Positions 26,146 through 40,198 of a stretch of DNA of 64,000 nt are shown here, one piece after another (position 1 is the first letter of the stretch; each line of letters begins with the position of its first letter). Under the pieces are notes generated by a model. The model did no database searches. It was not told the origin of the DNA and worked only from the letters and a program-made list of their open reading frames with translations. Location: positions 198,710,001 to 198,774,000 of the forward strand of contig OZ024740.1 of the NCBI GenBank assembly GCA_964016885.1. Reading direction: 5' to 3'. This DNA is from Eledone cirrhosa (Eukaryota). Made by a program: the position numbers and the translations under genes.

Positions 26146-26718
26146 GCCTTGGCCGAAAACGCAATACCAACTAAAAATATATTTAGACTCTAGACATTTT
26201 TTTTATTACTTTTTACTATTTAAATTTATTATTTTTCCTTTTTTTATTTATTATCTTTCATCTCAATTTATTAACCTTTTAATTCTATAATGTTCCACTC
26301 TCAAATTTTTCCAGAATCCTTTTTCGCCTGCTTTCTAGCTAGCCTAATTTCATACACACTCCTTAGAATTTGCTGTATAGAATTCATTTTCAACATTTGA
26401 CCGGCTCCACCCACTCCTCATTGTTCTACAGCTAGGTTCAGTCACCCCCACCCCCCACCCACTGCCATGAAAGATTTAATTGTGTTTACAAACAATTTTG
26501 ACCAATTCTTTTGACAACTACAATCTTCCCATATACCTTGAACAGTTCGGCTATTTATTACCATGCTAAACATTTTAATTTAGTCCAGAAATAGCAGTCG
26601 AAACGGCTTGAGCTCTGCCGTCGGGGTTAAATATTTTCCTATTACCCACTCTAATCCCCTAAGTATTGAGTACTCTGGTGCGTTATGGTCCATCTGGTTC
26701 CTTACCACTCCTCCTTCG

Positions 26719-26886
<168 letters not shown>

Positions 26887-27867
26887 GTGTATATATATAT
26901 GGGGGTGGATGTATGTGTGTGTATTCTTACATGTATATACATATATCCCAGTACAACCTGTCTTATGGTCGGGTCGTTGGCGACTAAACTGGCAACCCCG
27001 CCAAGGTTTCTTGGTGAGGAGGGTGACTTTGGACATCCTGCAGGACTAAAAACAAAACCTATCAAAGGGCAAAGGAACTCTTAAGAGTCAATGGCCATTC
27101 AAAATCACCGGGAGAGATGACCCATTAGCCTTTGTCAAGGCAGAATTCTAGGAGAAGGAAAACTCTGATATAACAACTGCAACCCTGATGGTATCCAATG
27201 ATGTTGACTTGTTTTCTTTTTGGTAAATATCATCTTGGTTAAGAGAGTGGGACTGGCTTTGTGCAGTGCCTTTGGTCACTATAAAAGCTTCACGGCACAG
27301 GCATTGCTTTATATCTGGAGATCTCTCTGCACTTGTCGTCACATGGTACCATGGGCCCAGCACTACGTGTCAATAATTGTCACAAGTGTAGTGTTTGTAC
27401 CAGAATTTTCAAGTCGCTGGCTGGACTAAAAAGTCACACTCGTTCAGCCCATCGGTAAGGGTTCTCCCACATGGATATAAAGTAGTGGCCGTACTCGAAA
27501 ACGAGTTGGCAGCCACCATATACACATATATACTACCACGCTCCCATTTGTTTGTGTGTGTATGTCTGTGTGGCCTCTATCACTCCATTCAAGGAAAACT
27601 TCCTTCTTCTTATCTAGATTTATTTTGCTGTTACAATTGTTTTGTCATTAAAAATATATTTCCTAGTATGTTAAGATGCATTAGAACTATACACCGATAT
27701 ACATGTAAATAGGAAAAAAATATTGAGAATGAAATATTTAATACAAAATCGGATGCTGTTTTTCTAAATTGAAAGACGATACACCATTTTTATCTTTCTT
27801 ACTCTAATAGACATCTGAATATTATGTTGATTTTTCTCTAATAGACATCTGAACATTATGTTGATTT

Positions 27868-28043
27868 TGGCAGTATCGATAGAGGGTCGGACGCCATGCT
27901 TTGCAGCACAATTACGTCCCTTTACGGACTGAGTTCAAATCCCGCCGAGGTTAACTTTGCCTTTCACCCTTACGGGGTCGATAAAATAAAGTACCAGTAA
28001 TACACTGGTATAATTGCTGGCCTTGTGCCAAAAGTAGAAACAA
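27868..28043 (+). mobile_element. SINE copy with target-site duplication
   Basis: Near-consensus; attatgttgatttt on both sides. Confidence 0.9.
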
Positions 28044-28374
28044 TTATGTTGATTTTTCTCAAGACTCCGTTATAACTTTTGTTCTATGTTGTGTTAATAA
28101 CTTTACCGTTTTATTGAGTGAGTTGCGTGGAACATAGCAATATTGTTTCAGCCGTAAATTGTGACTATCAAACAGTCATTTTATCTCAATCAGTAAAATA
28201 CTGTCTAGATTCACTTAGACAAAACATTTGCAATATCTTTATGTGCACTCATCGACGCACACATATACATAACAACATATTGTTGTATGTATATATATAT
28301 ACATACATATATACATACAATCATACATACATACAAAGAACTATTGCTCCTACATTACAACAAAAATATACGAA

Positions 28375-30200
28375 ATAAACGAGGATATCTTTGAGACTGT
28401 GATAGCAAAACTCCAAGATAAGAAAAGACCAGGATGGTTGACATTAGCACACACAATACTAGTCCCCAAGAACAAAGACACTCACTTGGCAAAAAACTAC
28501 CGAACCGTTGCATGCCAGAACCTGATGTATAAGATATATATAGCCTACCTGAAGCTATTTCTCCAAGGTCACTGTGAAAATAATTGGTTCTACTTTAGGC
28601 ACAAGGCCAGCAAAAACCCAGTACATTACTGGTACTTTATTTTATCGACCCCGTAAGGATGAAAGGCAAAGTTAACCTCAGCGGGATTTGAACTCAGACT
28701 GTAAAGGGACGTAACTATGCTAGAAAGCATGGCGTCCAACCCTCTACCGATACAGACAATTCCCCGTCCTATGTGAAAATAATAACATCATTACAGATGA
28801 ACAAGAAGCTGGAAAGAAAGGCATTTGGGGGTGTGCTGAACAACTCCTAATCAACAAATCTCTCACATTGGATCATCCTAGCAACATATGCATTCATGAT
28901 CGTTTGCTGATAAACATGCAATTTTCATCCATGGGTTCACTGCGGTTCTGCTGGGCAAATTCCATCGGTGTGAGTTTTTGACTATCATGCAGTGAATATC
29001 TTTCAAGAAGTTCCTCCCCATGATCTTATCTGTCTCATGCAGATAGACTTGTTCGATAGATGGGCACCTACACTTCGAGCTTTGTAAATGGTGTCGGAGG
29101 TATATGATGCGACATTCAAATGCTATCTGGACTAATGTTAGGCCCCTGCCTCCCTGCTTACGTTTCAAATAGAGGCGGTCTATGTCACTGTTGATGTGGA
29201 GGTTTCTGGTGTTGTTTAGTATTTTTCGAATTCTAATATAGATAAAGAAAGTAGTCTATCTCGGACCAACAACCGCTATATTGGCCCACGTTGAAGTATA
29301 CGCTTTTGAATTCAAAGAACAGGAAATCAAAACAAAATACCTGATTCTCAAAAGAGATAGGGTTGCAAGCCTAACACTTATATGTGACAACAAGTGCAAA
29401 CTCTACAGAATTAACATCGAAGATGTCACCCATGTCATAAGCAGCTGTCCAAATATATCATCGCGGTACTACCTGCCTATGAGGCATGATGTAGTGGCCA
29501 AAACACTGTACAATGCAATCCGTAGAAAAGAAAGTCCCAATAATAAACACATTAAAAGCTACAGCAATGTGGAAGACATACATATACATAATATGAAAGA
29601 GTACTACCTTTTGTTGGGGTTTTTACTCCAGTAAAAACCCCCAATAAAAGGCAGGCATAACAGACCAGATATAATGCTATGTGACAGAGGAAGAAGGCAT
29701 GCACAGTGATGAAAGTTAGCTGCCCAGCAGATGCCAATATAATATCACAGATTTGCAAAAAGGAGAATATCTATGCAGAACTAATGAGAAATCTGCAGAT
29801 TCTCTACCCTGATTATACCTTCAGATTTATGCCTGTAATTATTGGGGCACTGGGATATGCCGCAATACAAATCCTTAGAAGCTGGGCTTCAGGAAACAGA
29901 CAGAATACGACTAGTTAGGAAATTACTAACAATCCATTAATGGAACAGTAAAAATATGTAAAGCATTCCAAAAATCTAGTAACTCCATGTACACATGTAC
30001 AGATACAAAGCATATGCACATGCACACATACATCTCAAAACATACACATCCACAGATACAAAAACATCCATACCTGCACACATTTGTATGCATACATATC
30101 TACTTAGTTGATGATGTATAAATTCCAATGAGAGAGTCGTGCATCTATGTTAGAAACCAACTCTTTCTCTATTGGAAAACTTTGTGAAGTTATAAAATCA
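28375..30200 (+). mobile_element. Decayed R4/Dong-like (RLE-type) non-LTR retrotransposon with an internal inversion (about 28870-29240) and a nested SINE
   Basis: WLTLAHTILVPK..NYRTVACQNLMYK; KRKQGGRGL on minus; HVISSCP..RHDVVAK zinc knuckle; NRPDI and PVIIGALG. Confidence 0.85.
28581..28769 (-). mobile_element. SINE nested in the R4-like element
   Basis: Consensus SINE with TSD tgtgaaaataat. Confidence 0.9.
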
Positions 30201-30214
30201 GAAGAACATACATA

Positions 30215-31150
30215 ACTACATAGATGGGATAAATCATTCAAAAAGCCTCTCATGGAGTTCCGACAAGTTTATGACATCCTACCTTGAAGGATATCTCTAC
30301 GCAATACAGGAAAAAGAAATCCCTATCAAATATTTGCTACACAAAAGAGGAGGGTTATCAGTCGGCAATAAATGTAGGCTATGTTAAACAAAGATCGAAG
30401 ATGTTACCACATTGTGAACTGTGAAAGAACGTCGTCTCGTTACTACTTCCCTATGAGAAACAAGGTGATAGCTAGAACCATCTGGAACGCACTTCGGAAA
30501 ACAAAATTGAAAATAAATGAGGAAGAATATGTTGAGATGAATGGCACTAAGGAATACATGTGGAACCTGAAAATAAAAAAAACTGCCACCAAAATAAAAC
30601 ACAGCCGGCCTGATATTGTTTCTACTTTAGGCACAAGGCCAGCAAATACCCAGTGCATTACTGGTACTTTATTTTATCGACCTCGTAAGGATGAAAGGCA
30701 AAGTAAACCTCGGCGGGATTGTAAACAGCCGGCCTGATATTGTTTGGGAGCACGCATTGGAAACGTGCTCTGTTGTAGAGATCAGCAGCCCACTTTATGT
30801 CAACGTTGAAAGAAAAACACAGAAGGAGGGGGATATCTACGGACCATTGATGAGAAGTTTGCAGATCCAGTATCCAAGGTACACCTTCAGTTTCATACCC
30901 ATCATTATTAGAGCTACAGGTTATATAAAAACCCATTTGGACCAAAGTATGACTGAACTTGGATTTGTAGACAAAGAGCGCAGCTCCCTAATTCATAGTC
31001 TACAAATTGCTGCGAGAGCTGGCACCTTCAAAATTTGCAAAACATTCTTGCGATTCAAGGGATGACAATTTCTTTTCTTTTACAACCTTGCCACCATGAA
31101 GTTGGCCGTCAAAAATGTATTCGAAATTATGAACAAGATAAAAATAGACT
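30215..31150 (+). mobile_element. Second R4/Dong-like 3' fragment, with a truncated SINE at 30616-30721
   Basis: AIQEKEI, HIVNC, SRPDIVW..CSVVEISSP, FIPIII, KICKTFL; SINE flanked by duplicated acagccggcctgatattgttt. Confidence 0.85.
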
Positions 31151-31339
31151 CATAAATACATACATATATATGTTAAAAAAGTTACTCAATACGGTAGAGT
31201 ATAGGCATATGTTTGTTATGTTTGTCATGTAGAAGTAATTTTTAAAATAAAATAAACACATACATTTAAGCACACACACACACACGCACACACACCCATA
31301 CACATGCACACACACACACACACATACAGACACACACAC

Positions 31340-31397
<58 letters not shown>

Positions 31398-31967
31398 TGT
31401 TAGTAGAGATTAAAATTTAAGCTATGCTTTCACCCAATAAGAGATCTGATACTGAGAAAAATCTATCTGTAGACGCAGAAGTAAATATTAAAAAGAACGT
31501 TACAACCAAAAAGAAAACAGCAAGACATTCTCTGGCAATGGTCGAAAATATGCAAGGAAATAAAGTAAAATGATTAAACCAAAAAATTGAAGGCATTAAT
31601 AATAGTGAAATTAATGTTATAGGATTTAGGCTAGTACATAAGTATGCGCTGACCAGTGTGGAAGCATGCGTAAATGGGGATAGAGTCTATAAAACCATGT
31701 ATACATATAGGCATGGACTTGTTTGCGTATACACATGTAAGAGCACGTGCGTTTGTATGTGCTCGTACACATACATATACTCATACACATACATATACCC
31801 ACGAATATAAGATACAAACACACGTGCGAATATGTATATATACACATGCATAAATATTCAATATACGCATGCACATACACATTCTAACTTTAAACCAAGA
31901 TATATTTATTTATTTATTTATTTATGTAAGTATATCTTATATGTATGTGTATGTGTATATGTACGCG

Positions 31968-32028
<61 letters not shown>

Positions 32029-32174
32029 GAGGAGGGTGTATGTGTGTGTGTGTATATATATATAAGAACGCGTATGAATGTGTGTGCACACGTATATAAT
32101 TTTTTATTACTCATTAGACATGATACGCATTTATGTGGCGATATTGTTACACCATGATAAACAGTAATTAAACA

Positions 32175-32278
32175 TGACGATGATGATTATTGTGATGATG
32201 ATGATGTTGATGATGATGTTGATAATGATGATGATGATGATGATGATGATGATGTTGATGATGATGATGATGTTGATA

Positions 32279-32337
<59 letters not shown>
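32175..32337. repeat. (GAT)n microsatellite
   Basis: Direct reading. Confidence 0.95.
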
Positions 32338-32379
32338 GGTCTCAACCCAAGCTCTTCAAGTTTAACACTGCAAGAACAG

Positions 32380-33345
32380 CAAACATCTCACAGTATCGAA
32401 TGGACTCGAGAAAATTATAAAGAAGTGATATCCACATGCTATCACTCATTCCGCAAACCAACGGAATCAACACACAGTAAATTCTTCCAAGGTATGGGGG
32501 GAAATAAATCGTGAAAGGAGACCAAACCGGGACGAAAAAAAATTGCAAATGTAAGAAGTGATATTATTAGAAACAAGAGACTAACAGATGCAGAGTTAAA
32601 TGACATTAAGAAGAATGTTGAAAAGATTTCAGAATACCAATCTCAGAAAGGGATAGAAATGAATATGTGACCTAATGGACACTACAAAAACCATTGATTA
32701 TGTTATCACCAGGAAAGATTTCACGGAACACTGAGGGCACCAGAAACACCTCAGAGCAAGGTCAAGCGCAGGTCAACAATATGAATGAGGATATTTCTAC
32801 TCATGCACATAAAGTTCAGTAGAATAAAACAAACAAGAAATCCTGAATAAACGTGGACACCCCACTAAAAAAAAAAAGAAATCATCAATGAACGTGGAAG
32901 AAAAATCAAAACATTAGTATGAGTGAAAGAGAATCCTTGCTAAAATTGACCAGCAGCAACCAGAACAAAAGGCACATAAGTACTGGAATTCAGGCTGTTA
33001 AAGCAGGAATTGAAGTGATGGAGCTTGATATATCAGAACTGAATGAGGTTATTTATGCAGCAGCAACTGTAACAGAAAGGAAATATGGGATAAGGAAAAA
33101 CAAAAGGATGCAACACTCATAGGAACAGCCCTAGACGTTAAATATTGAGAAAGAAATTGAAATGATGAGGTTAGAAATATTGATCCTGGATTAAATCTGT
33201 CCTGGGAAATATGTCAAGTCAGGAAAATGAAGGAAAGTGATTAAGAAATACAATGTAACTTCAAAATCTGATATTCCATCAACCAAAAGAAACCCCGAAA
33301 CAGAAAGTACAGCTGAAAGCTTAAATAAGCAGATTTGAAAAGTGA
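32380..33345 (+). mobile_element. Probable N-terminal remnant of an R4/Dong-like element
   Basis: RNKRLTDAELNDIKK, DISELNEVIYAAA, IEKEIEMMR and KQKVQLKA resemble the pre-RT region of R4/Dong ORFs. Confidence 0.55.
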
Positions 33346-34029
33346 AGTAAATTTTACAGGCAAAGGCCTCATAGGGAAATTGAGTTCAGATGCCGCTGAG
33401 GGGAATTTACCTTTCATCCATTGGAAGATCGTGTTAAAGGAAAACACGAGTCAAGTACTGGGTCAAGTTAATCGACCTTCTCCACCACCCAATGTGTTTG
33501 GCCTGCAATCACTACCACAGTATTTGCTAAGTCAAGGTAGTCCAAGTGTTGTAATGCAGTAGCAGCTAGTCTGGTATTTCGAAATGCATTTTTGTTTACT
33601 TTAGTCCATTGCTATCCACTTCATCATTCAGTATGATTTTTCAGATATTCACCCATCTCTGTTATCCGAAGACTAAACTTGGTCTCATATTGTATTATTA
33701 AGTGTTTCGCAACATTAGAATTATCAGATGTTGTAAATAACAAACATCATTATGTCCGTCTCCTTAATGGTTTCCTCAGTTCACTTGCTCGTCAAATGAT
33801 TCTTTATTTATTGACACAGAAATGAAAAATATCAAAGTTGACCTGAGTGAGATTTGAACAGAAAGCCAGAACAGATACCGAGGTATTTAAACCGACGTTT
33901 TGACTACTCAGGCAATTCATTGCTTATATTGATATAAATCGGCTCAGTAAACTGGTGAAGCAAGGAAAGGTGTTGATCTTCAACTAAACAATATTTCCAT
34001 TGGACTTTCCATTGCTGATACTATCTGCC

Positions 34030-34345
34030 GATTACAACTGCTAACAGAAAGCGCAACAACAACGCAAAATAAAGTGTTTTCTGTAGGAGAAAACGGTGCA
34101 CGGTCCAATACTGAATCAATTGAAAATGATTAGCAATGTCTTACTGAAAACTCCACACTAACAAATTTAGTAGATTGCACTCAAGCAGTAACTTCTTCAG
34201 ATTTCATTTGATGGTTGTGTGTATGTTTCATAGGTTTTTGAATATTTATAACTCGGTATATTGGATTTCAACTCCTGCGCTACGACTTCTTTTAAGGCTT
34301 CTTCAATCTGTCCTGTAGGATATCCAGCTGGTGTTAGTTTAGAAT
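34030..34345 (-). pseudogene. Possible Tctex-1 (dynein light chain) domain pseudogene, intronless
   Basis: KLTPAGYPTGQIEEALKEVVAQELKS...SNEI then, after a frameshift, TKFV...ENTLFCVVVALSV; stops present. Confidence 0.45.
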
Positions 34346-34465
34346 TTCTATATAATCAAGATAATCAAAGCTTTCAAAATTATTTGCAAGCATTTCTTAT
34401 AAATTTGTAAGGTTTGATGTAAGATCTTTAATAATTTAAAGTAAGACATTATGTAAACAATCTTG

Positions 34466-34579
34466 GAGTTCAAATCCCGCCGAGGTTAACTTTGCCTTTC
34501 ATCCTTACGGGGTCGATAAAATAAAGTACCAGTAATGCACTGGTTGATTGCTGGCCTTGTGCCTAACGTAGAAACAATT
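34466..34579 (+). mobile_element. 5'-truncated SINE with TSD
   Basis: Starts at the B-box; attatg(t/c)aaacaatctt duplicated. Confidence 0.9.
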
Positions 34580-34876
34580 ATGCAAACAATCTTATTGTAG
34601 GACGTCATGGCGTTGTATATTAATAATGTACAGCTTAGGTTTAATTTATCACAAATATTCAACATTCTAAATAATCCCTGTCTTTGATGTATTTTGTTTA
34701 CTAAACTCTATATATTACATAACATTGTCCAATAAATATGTTATTGCCAGATGACGGGTTAATAAGTACATTTAAGTCTGTTAATGTTACAGCAATATGA
34801 TCTTCTATGAAGACATACTTACAGGATTGAGAGTGCTTGCAGTGTAAATGGCGAATTTTAATTGGCAAAATTACTG

Positions 34877-34905
<29 letters not shown>

Positions 34906-34909
<4 letters not shown>

Positions 34910-35075
34910 AGAAAGTATGACCCCGACGGCAGAGCTCAAGTGCAGAAATAGCCGTCGAAACGGCTTGAGCTCTGCCGTCGGTGTCATACTTTCTCCTATT
35001 ACTCACTCTACTACTCTAAGTATTGTGTACTCTGGTGTGTTATGGTCGATCTGGTTCCTTACCACAATTCCTCCG

Positions 35076-35077
<2 letters not shown>
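34906..35077. mobile_element. Element-A-family mini insertion (half hammerhead + tail), two-armed
   Basis: 34906-34941 minus arm, 34943-35077 plus arm matching 26584-26720; within (TA)n. Confidence 0.9.
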
Positions 35078-35110
<33 letters not shown>

Positions 35111-35116
35111 CACACA

Positions 35117-35171
<55 letters not shown>

Positions 35172-35794
35172 ATATGTATATATTGATACATCATCGTAAT
35201 GTATTTAATATATCATGCTCTCGATCTTAACCCCAGGCCTTTAGAACAAACATATAATCAAAATCACTCCTACTATGTTCACCCTATATTTTCGCTTTAT
35301 TAGTATTGTTTAATTAAACGGGATACAACAATTATTAACACTGAGTGCCTCTATAACCTGTGGGAGGAACAACATGTTCCACAAACCAAGAGCCTTGTCT
35401 GGTTGCTAGTAGGTGGTGAATTACGACAAACTACTATATTGTCTGTTTCTTTCATTAAATACACGTCGGGTTCTTTTTTTTTATTGAAATTAAGTAGCTA
35501 GTTTTTAGTAAGTGTTGCCTAGAAATAACGCATCTCGTTTTATAGATTATACTTAGATGGACATCTCTGTATATGAATTTTATATTTTATTCAATGATAG
35601 TTTACCATTAATATTCAGCAATTGCATATTCACTCATCAATATATTTTCCGTCATTCTATATCATATATATCTCAATAGAAGTATCTAACACCCGCAAAG
35701 AAACTTTCAATGATATAAGGTACAGACATACAAACAAACTCCATCCGTCACACACACACGCACACATGCGTAAACACACACGCATAAACACACA

Positions 35795-35825
<31 letters not shown>

Positions 35826-37060
35826 GCATATATATGCACTGTAATAAGTCCAATTATATTTCTAATTCCAATAAGTAAAATTTCAATGAATCTAACATTA
35901 TATGTTTTACCGTTTTATATTCTTCATCTTCCTGAGACGAAAGTAATTAGTTTGAAGCTCTAAGAGACCTCAATCGCAATGTGAACACCAATGAAGTATT
36001 TATTCATGAAATCATTCTCTTATATTTCTTCTTTGATTTAAATGAATGAGCTAGATTGCTACATTTGGACGTAGAATATACAATTGTATATCTGCATGTG
36101 GTGAGATAGAGTTATGCTGCACTCAGGAACGATTTCGAATACTAATTGTAACTAATTAGATTTCATTTTAGAAAGTTCAAATCGACAAACATCTATCGAC
36201 TATTTACTATTTTTATTTTTACTGTTTAGTCAATATCTTTTAAGAATGATTACAACAGAGTTGGCTCACTTAAATACAACTAAATGTTAGAGAAGGTGAC
36301 AGATTAACTCCACCAAACTCAATAGGCCAAAGGGTGAAAATTGATTACATCCTCCTCTTTACTTAACAGTTTATTTTATCGACCACGAAATAAATAAATC
36401 AAAGTTGATCTCAATTAAATTTAAACTCAGTGTGTAAAGAGTCGCATCAAATGTCCAGTGCTCTACATACATTTTGTCCAGTGCTCTACATACATTCGAA
36501 TGTATAATTTGTTTGCATATGATGCCGTGTCCACCTGTCATTAATTGAACTAATTTTAGTAGGTGTTGAAATGTGAATTGTGACCGTGTTTGACCGAGCG
36601 TGGAGTGGAAGTGAGGGATCAGAGAAACAGACTATATACAGCAAGATGTCTACGCTCTCACGCCGCTGTGAATTTGCGCCAATACATGATTGTAGAAATA
36701 TGATTGGAAAAGAGACAGTCATTAAAGTATATCAACATGTTTGGCTACTTGAAAAATCAATACCTTATTTATAGGAAATTCATTAAATAGTATTTTTAAA
36801 TTTTTAATAACCTGTAAGTTCACACCGATATGAAAGTTCGCACCCGTACGAACATGTTCAAAGAGTACACGAAATGAAAGAGGAAATATAAGAGGCATTT
36901 ATAATTTGCAGAATCTTAAATTACATATATTTAGAAAATGGGATAAATTGTTTGTGTAGGAAGAATTTAAAATTTCCAATAATTAATTGTAATTTTGTTA
37001 GTTCACAAAATTAAATAGATTTACGAAACATGTTCTCGAAATATTACTTGATTACTTATA

Positions 37061-37240
37061 ATTGTTTCTACTTTTGGCACAAGGCCAGCAATTACCCAGT
37101 GCATTACTGGTACTTTATTTTATAGACCCCGTAAGGATGAAAGGCAAAGTTAACTTCGGCGGGATTTGAACTCAGACCGTAAAGGGACGTAACTATGCTG
37201 GAAAGCATGGTGTCCGACTCTCTACCGATACTGCTAACCT
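37061..37240 (-). mobile_element. SINE copy with TSD
   Basis: Near-consensus; tacttgattacttataat duplicated. Confidence 0.9.
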
Positions 37241-37527
37241 ACTTGATTACTTATAATGCCATCGCATATTACATTTGACGGCAGTAATCCCTATATAGAA
37301 CTCCGAGAGTGTTAAAGTGAATACATACATTTTAAGTTCTTAAACAAGAAAACAGCGTGACAAATTGCGTTCCACGCGGAGATGGAAATGAATCGACTTC
37401 CGTCACTCTCGACAATGGATACTCCGGTTGCTCAATCAAAAGAAAAGCCTGCTCGTGAAATATGACTGGGCACTCCCCAGGTATCATTTTATTTATGTTA
37501 TGCTATATATCTGTGGAGTGCACAGTC

Positions 37528-37558
<31 letters not shown>

Positions 37559-37708
37559 GATAAATCTACCAAGAGTTTACGGTAGTGTCCAATCCGTATG
37601 AAGAACTCAATGTAATCCGGATATCATGGAAAGAAGAGATGCAATGAAAAATCACTTTCGGTGAAAGATAAACGGAATACAGAGTCAAGATAAAATATTT
37701 AAAAAATA

Positions 37709-38566
37709 ATGAATAAAACAATGAAAACTCCTAATAAACAAGATAAAACACCTAAATCTACAAATCTAACTAAAAATGTGCGTGGTGAGATCATTAACAT
37801 TAATCCTCCTAGTAAACATCACGATACAACCTATACAAATAATAAACAACATAGAAACCGTAATAGACGAGTTACTTGGTATAATGCTCCATTTAATTTA
37901 CAAATTAAGGATAATATTGCTAAAAAATTTTTTTATATCCTAGAGAAAAACTTCCCGCCAAACCACAAATACCATCAAATCTTAAATAGGTCTACAATTA
38001 AATTCTCATACTCAACAACAAATAACATAAAACAAAATATAAGTGCCTATAATGCATATAAATGTAGGAATACCATAAGTATACCACCAATACATCAAAC
38101 TAACCATAATATCTCCTCAAATACAGAATTAACGAAAGGTTGTAACTGTAGAAACAAAGCAAACTGCCCATTAAAAGGAAATTGTCTTGTTAACAACATA
38201 GTTTATAAATGTAATGTTAAAACTAAAGATTCTATTTGCTCATATATAGGAGCTACTTCTAACAATTTTAAGGTAAGGTTTAATACCCACAAACATAGTT
38301 TTAAAAATGCCGCACTGGCTAATACAACATCTCTAGCAGAAAAAATCAATAGTTATAAAAATAAGAATATAGAATATGATATGACCTGGAGTGTGCTCAA
38401 AAGAGCCACCCCTTATCAAAATAATAGAAATGAATGTAGATTATGTTCCCAAGAGCTATTTGAAATAATGAAATCTAAGGATATCCTATTAAATAAACGA
38501 CAGGAATTAATTATATCGTGTAATCATAAACTAAGAAAAACATTTAAATATTATAAACCTAATTAA
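37709..38566 (+). CDS. Open 285-aa Naiad-type linker + CxCx5Cx5C zinc finger + GIY-YIG endonuclease (no RT)
   Basis: RNRRVTWYNAPF, KNFPPNHKYH, IKFSYS, CNCRNKANCPLKGNC, IVY..YIG, FKVRFNTH, CRLCSQE, LLNKRQE. Confidence 0.8.
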   Translation: MNKTMKTPNKQDKTPKSTNLTKNVRGEIININPPSKHHDTTYTNNKQHRNRNRRVTWYNAPFNLQIKDNIAKKFFYILEKNFPPNHKYHQILNRSTIKFSYSTTNNIKQNISAYNAYKCRNTISIPPIHQTNHNISSNTELTKGCNCRNKANCPLKGNCLVNNIVYKCNVKTKDSICSYIGATSNNFKVRFNTHKHSFKNAALANTTSLAEKINSYKNKNIEYDMTWSVLKRATPYQNNRNECRLCSQELFEIMKSKDILLNKRQELIISCNHKLRKTFKYYKPN

Positions 38567-39619
38567 TAACATTATTTTAGAAATTAATATATAATTTAAT
38601 TTAAATGTTAGTTAACCTATAAATTTAATTTAATTAAAATTCTACTACAGATGAGATTATAAAATATTGTGTAATTATAAATTGTGAAAAACTTTTAAAT
38701 ATTACTAATATATACTTCGTAAATTAATTTATAGATTAATTTTAATTTATTTAACCTTTTATTAAAATTCCTTTACAGATAAAATATAACAAAATATCGT
38801 GTATTCAATGACAGAAATAATTTTTAATATTATAGACCTAATTAATGTACATTTTAGAAATATATTTATAATTTGGTTTTAAATTTGTTTAACCTAAAAA
38901 TTTAATTTAATTGGCTTAAAATTAATATCCTAATACAGATGGATTGCAGAGTGTCTTGTAATCATAGACTGAGATAGGTTTTGGATGTATACCTAGTTAA
39001 TATATTCTTTGCAATTTTTGAAAAAATATGTATATGTATGTATATATATGTATATATATATATATATATATATGTATATGTATATATATATATGTGTATG
39101 TATTAATCTTAAATTCTGTTTACCTATAATTATATTCTACTATAGATAAAATACAATATCTGTTTTAATTATTATAAACCAAATTAACATATACTATAGA
39201 AATTAATATATTATTTTTAATTTAGTTAACCTATAATTTATATTCTACTACCGATGTAATACTTTATTTGTTTTCTTCCCTATTACTAAATTCATTTCCT
39301 AATATTGATACCATAACGTTAATAATTTTAATTTAGTTATACTATAATTAATACTCTACTACTATTTAACTTCAAAATTCCGCTTCAAATATTATAAACC
39401 TAAGTAGTATACACCTTAGAAATCAATATATTAACTATCTTTAATTTAGTTAACCTATAATTAATAGTCTACTTATATTAAAATGCATAATTTTGCCTTC
39501 TTTCTTACATTTCCTAATACTGAAACTACTATGTAAACACATATTATGATCTAAATGCAGATTAATATTCTATGTTTCTTGAAACCTATATTTACTATAA
39601 TCCCCTTCTCCCACCCCCT

Positions 39620-39766
39620 ATTATTATTTGTATTTGTAAGCGTGGATGTATGTATGTATATGTAGGTAGGTATGTATGTTTGGGTGTTTGTATGTGAGTA
39701 TAAAAATACATATGTGCGCATGTAAATAAGGGTGTATGATTGTGTATATATATATATATATATGTG

Positions 39767-39798
<32 letters not shown>

Positions 39799-40003
39799 TA
39801 TGTATCTATGTATTTATGTGGGTATATGTGTGTATGTATATGTATGCACATGTATACGTCTATGTGTATATATGTGTGTATGTGTATATATGTACGTATG
39901 TGCGCATGTATATGTGAGTGTGTGTATATATATGTATATATATATGAATATATATATTTGTAGTTGATGTGTGTATGTGCATATATATATATGTATGTAT
40001 GTG

Positions 40004-40052
<49 letters not shown>

Positions 40053-40160
40053 ATATATATGTATATGTATGTGTGTGCATATTTGTCTGACTGTGTGTAT
40101 TAACTAATTTATTTATTTATTTATTTTATTTCTTTATTTTTTCATATATATGTATATATA

Positions 40161-40198
<38 letters not shown>

